This document shows, piece after piece, positions 59,798 through 64,000 of a DNA stretch of 64,000 bases; position 1 is the stretch's first letter, and the number at the start of each line of letters is the position of its first letter. Source of the stretch: Magallana gigas (lineage: Eukaryota); NCBI RefSeq assembly GCF_963853765.1, contig NC_088855.1:58094001-58158000 (forward strand), in the 5' to 3' direction. The notes beneath the pieces are model-generated. The model saw only the letters and a list, made by a program, of their open reading frames with translations. It did not search any database and was not told the origin of the DNA. Made by a program: the position numbers and the translations under genes.

Positions 59798-62700
59798 ATG
59801 GAGTCCCCTACTAGAAAAGAAATCTTGCATAATTTTCAGACAGGGGTCATCGACGCTGAAGAATGTTTCTGTATGATTGTTTCTCTCGATGGTTATGATT
59901 CAACGAGACAACATTTCCTGAAAAACATTGATTTCTTGAGGCTCACTAATCCTAAGAAGTACAACGAACTCTTCACCGTTTTTGCAAATTACTTTGAAAA
60001 ACCTCCATCTGGTGCATTTTTAGATCCTATAGGCTGTAGTGTTGAAAATGGATACTTAACAAGTGACTTTGGGTATGAACTGGAAGTAGAACTCGCATCA
60101 GCCCTCTCATTGCAAGATCAGAGTGAAAGCCTTAACAGCAAAGCATCTTATGTTAGTGTTGTACAGGAGCCAATTAGTAAACAAAGAAATACATCAAGTA
60201 ATTCTGAAAGAAATCAACCAAAGAATGTTGACAATACTTTCTCAAAAAATGTGGAAGATGACAATGGTTCAATTACTTCATCGGTCAAAACTAAAAAAAG
60301 GAAAAATAAAGGCTCCACAAACAGGCCTGTGGTTTACTGGTTCAGGAGAGATCTTCGTCTGTATGACAATCCAGCATTGGTTGAAGCGGCCAGTATGAAT
60401 GTCCCTGTTATATTGGTTTTCTTGTGGTCAGAATCAGAGGAGGATCCAGAGGGTGTGGTGGCAGCAGGAGGGGCCACTAAACTATGGTTACACCATGCTC
60501 TGAACCACCTGGACAAATCCATCAGTGACAGATACAACAACAGGATCATCTACAGGAAAACCCAGTCCTGTCAAAGAGAAATCCTGTCACTTATTGAAGA
60601 AACTGGTGCCAAAGCATTGCTGATAAATGATGTCTATGAACCATTCCTCAAACAGAGAGATGACAAGATTTGTTCGGAACTACAGAGGAAAGGGATAGAA
60701 TGTAAGAGATTCCACTCTTACTTGCTGCATGAGCCAGGTTCTGTGTCAGCGGAGTCTGTGGGGATGAGAGGGGTGGGCTCAGTGACCCACTTTATGGAGT
60801 GCTGTAGGCAATCTGATGCCCAGCCCATTGGGCATCCTCTGGATTATCCCCCCACTCTACCCAAACCAGACCAGTTTCCCTCCAGCTCATCTCTTCATGA
60901 TCTAGAACTAGCCAAAATGCCAAGGAGAAAAGATGGATCTATTGTATGTTATCATTTCAAGATAATATGAAGGGAATATTGATTACAAAAAAAAAAAATT
61001 GTTCAATTTTTTATGGTGCTCTTTGAAAAGGCGAGCGTTTAATAGGATTTTTTTTGTAGTAAAAATGTAGAAGTAAAGGAGACCCCCAAATAATCCACTT
61101 CAATACTTGTATTATTATTTTGTATGCACCAATAATTACTTGTCAAATCAGAAATTTACTTACAGTCGTCTGAAAATGATATCTTTTAGATTGACTGGGC
61201 AGCACCAATTGTGAGACAGTGGGATTTTGGAGAAGAAGGAGCGTGGAAAGCTCTAGAACTTTTCTTATCTGAAGGTAGAAACAATGATTTTTTGCAATGT
61301 TTCATTTTCTAGATTTTCAGTGACTTACCTTCCTTCCTAACATGTTAATGGATACATATAATCTTATGATATTTATTTTCATGCTCTGCTGTGGTGGGGT
61401 TCCTTGTTATGTTACATTTTTATGTAACCACAATTTTGCTATACTAAAACTATCTCTTGCTTACCTGTGGGTGTATGTATGCTATACTAAAACTATCGCT
61501 TACTTGTAGGTGTCAGGAAATATGAGAAGGAGTCGTGTCGCGCCGACCACCTGAACACCTGTCGGATCTCTCCGTACCTTCACTTCGGTCAGATCAGTCC
61601 CCGGGCGGTGCTGGAGGAAGCCAGACACATGAAGTCACCCAAGTTCCTCCGGAAGCTGGCCTGGAGAGACCTGTCTTATTGGCTGCTGACCCTCTGGCCT
61701 GACCTCCCCTCACAGCCCACCAGGGTGCATTACAGGGTAAGTCGTAGGGAAATCTACCAGCCCACCAGGGTGCATTACAGGGTAAGTCGTAGGGAAATCT
61801 ACCAGCCCACCAGGGTGCATTACAGGGTAAGTCGTAGGGAAATCTACCAGCCCACCAGGGTGCATTACAGAATAAGTCATAGGGAAATCTACCAGTCTTT
61901 TTAGAATGAAAGGGTCTAAGCTCTACTAAACTTCTCCGTTTGTAGTCAAGTAGATGTAAAAATCACACTCTGATAAGAATGAAACATTTTTATTATGTAT
62001 TACATATTTTATCCCTAGCTGTGAGATACTGGAGAAACAGTGTGTTGTTGAAGTGGTTACATGTTCACACAACCTACATGATATAAAATATCTGTAGACT
62101 CTGTAGCAGTATGAACTCACAGTATGAGATAAATAATCAATGCCAGGTGCCAGTGTATGAACTAATGTTTATATTTCACTACAGGATCAAGCCTGGAGCA
62201 GGGACGCTGGTCACTTGAAGGCGTGGCAGAGAGGTAGGACGGGGTTCCCCCTGGTGGATGCCGCGATGAGACAGCTGTGGCTGGAGGGGTGGATCAACAA
62301 CTACCTCAGGCACGTGGTCGCCTCCTTCCTCATCTCCTACCTCCGCCTCCACTGGGTGGAGGGCTACCGCTGGTTCCAGGTAAATCCAGGAATATAAAAT
62401 GGGAGGGAGATAACCCTAACATGCCTGTTGTATTGTCCTGTAATGTTTGGATAATAAAATTTCTGAATATGATATAAGATAGAATGGACAGAAATAAATT
62501 ATAAAACCATGCATTTTCATGTGAAATCTTCTGATGCTCAGACTAATTTAAGCATTGATTTGTGTTGGTATAGGACACCTTACTGGATGCTGATGTGGCC
62601 ATCAATGCCATGATGTGGCAGAATGGAGGAATGAGTGGGCTGGACCAGTGGAACTTTGTAATGCACCCCGTGGATGCAGCTTTGACCTGTGATCCCGATG

Positions 62701-63384
62701 GAGCCTATGTCAGAAAGTGGTGTCCAGAGATAGCAGCCCTCCCCAATGACTTCATACATCAGCCCTGGAAATGTCCACCCTCCATTCTGAGGCGATGTGG
62801 TATAAAGTTAGGTAAGTATGTGAAAGTTTAGTGAAGCTATTTGGAGGGTTTCTACATAAAATGGGGAGGGGGGTAACATACATGTTATTCAATTACTATA
62901 GTATAACAGAAGCACATTTTCAAGATAGGGAAAAACTGTATTATTTGTTTACAATTTTATGAAATTGTCATAAAACTTTAACAATTCTGATGTCTGATGG
63001 TATTTGATTTCTCTAACAGGAGAGACATACCCATATCGGGTTATATCAGATTTGGAGGGAGCAAGGGAGCAGTCATTAACGGATGTTGTAAATGTTCGGA
63101 AGAAGCACCCAGAGTTTGTGGACCGCCGAACGGGCAATGACCTTGTGCCCCTCCCTGATGGTCTGTGTGTCCCGGTCATCACCAGGAAGGAGTTCAAGTA
63201 CAAGTTGCACCACCCAGAGGCCAAGGACAACCCCCACACAGCTGTACTGAGGGGGTACCGGTCCAGGAAGAGGGACGAAGCCATTGCTTTTGCCAACGAG
63301 AGAGACTTCATGGCAAGTGCTATGAATGAAAGTGTGAAACTTAGTGAGAGAAGATTAAAGGCAACGCAATATGAAGCACTCTGA
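59798..63384 (+). CDS. Plant-like cryptochrome (PCRY-like, cryptochrome/photolyase family), ~751 aa, 6 exons
   Basis: Exons 59798-60943, 61190-61274, 61510-61736, 62185-62379, 62574-62811 and 63020-63384 (2256 nt). Motifs VYWFRRDLRLYDNPAL, ISPYLHFGQISPR, AWQRGRTGFPLVDAAMRQLWLEGW, TLLDAD, DPDGAYVRKWCPE. It has a ~190-aa N-terminal extension and a C-terminal tail. Confidence 0.92.
61713..61892 (+). repeat. 45-bp tandem repeat x4 spanning the exon 3 donor of the cryptochrome
   Basis: Unit CAGCCCACCAGGGTGCATTACAGGGTAAGTCGTAGGGAAATCTAC at 61713, 61758, 61803 and 61848 (last copy has a mutated donor). Confidence 0.95.
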
Positions 63385-64000
63385 TGAAGTAGTGTGTAGA
63401 ATTTGCAAATATCGGGTGTAGATGAGCTGTTTAGTGTTGGAGGATTGAGGACATGAGTGTGTGATACGCATAAATGAAGATGGTTTCTTGGGATGTGGTT
63501 TGGAATATGTGAAGAATGGGGTGTTTTTGCTAACAATAATGACTTGAACACATGCGTGTGGCAACTGCTTTCCTCTTTGAGCAGTGCATGTGGTTAAGGA
63601 GGAATTACATGTATTTATGTCTTCCACGTTGGTTTATAATTATTTATTAATCAAATAAAATTTTGACTTGCCTGAATTTTGTCATTACACAATCTTTACT
63701 GGGACAATACTGGTATGTTATTATTTTGTCGCCATCACATACGTAGTTATTATGCTCCATTTTACAGATTTGTAATACCAGTAGTACTGGCATATCTTAC
63801 AAAGGTGAACAGGTGCTCTGTTGTTATTAAAAGAATGCCTACTCAGTTTCTTAATGAAGCCCACTGTTTGTTAATGATTATATCCTTGGATTTCAGTGTA
63901 TCATTATTGTTTTAAGTCTAATGTCATTAGATGCACTGTCTGCCATTTGTACACTTAAAAATCTAGCAGCATTAAGCGTGGAATTCTCTGCTGACTAATC

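Noticed and set aside
62949-63627. Long antisense ORFs over the last cryptochrome exon (and similar ones over TLR, TSSK, SLC52 and VWA)
   Set aside because: Shadow ORFs of GC-richer coding sequence; no independent motifs.

Overview
AT-rich, intron-rich animal genomic DNA, most likely an oyster (Crassostrea/Magallana). This is inferred from the ~166-bp Cg170-type satellite and the repeat families; no database search was possible. Two N gaps lie at 2493-2622 and 12335-12473. The first 21 kb is an immune locus: a tandemly duplicated cassette of a small EGF-repeat single-pass receptor plus a Toll-like receptor. The upstream copy of both genes is broken; the downstream copy is intact. Between the copies is a (TA)n-flanked nest of Penelope-like retroelement ends with three minimal hammerhead-ribozyme motifs, two of them back-to-back in a 190-bp palindrome. 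The rest is a dense gene block: CCNDBP1(-) and PDCD5(+) head-to-head, a short spliced gene(-) resembling the SF3 helicase of CRESS (nanovirus/alphasatellite-like) Rep, a short coiled-coil protein ending in a CEP290-like C-terminus(+), a SLC52 riboflavin transporter(-), a secreted coiled-coil/VWA protein(+), a TSSK kinase(+), HERPUD(-) and a plant-like cryptochrome(+). All exon models were built by hand from GT-AG sites and phase continuity. Family assignments rely on remembered motifs and need database confirmation.
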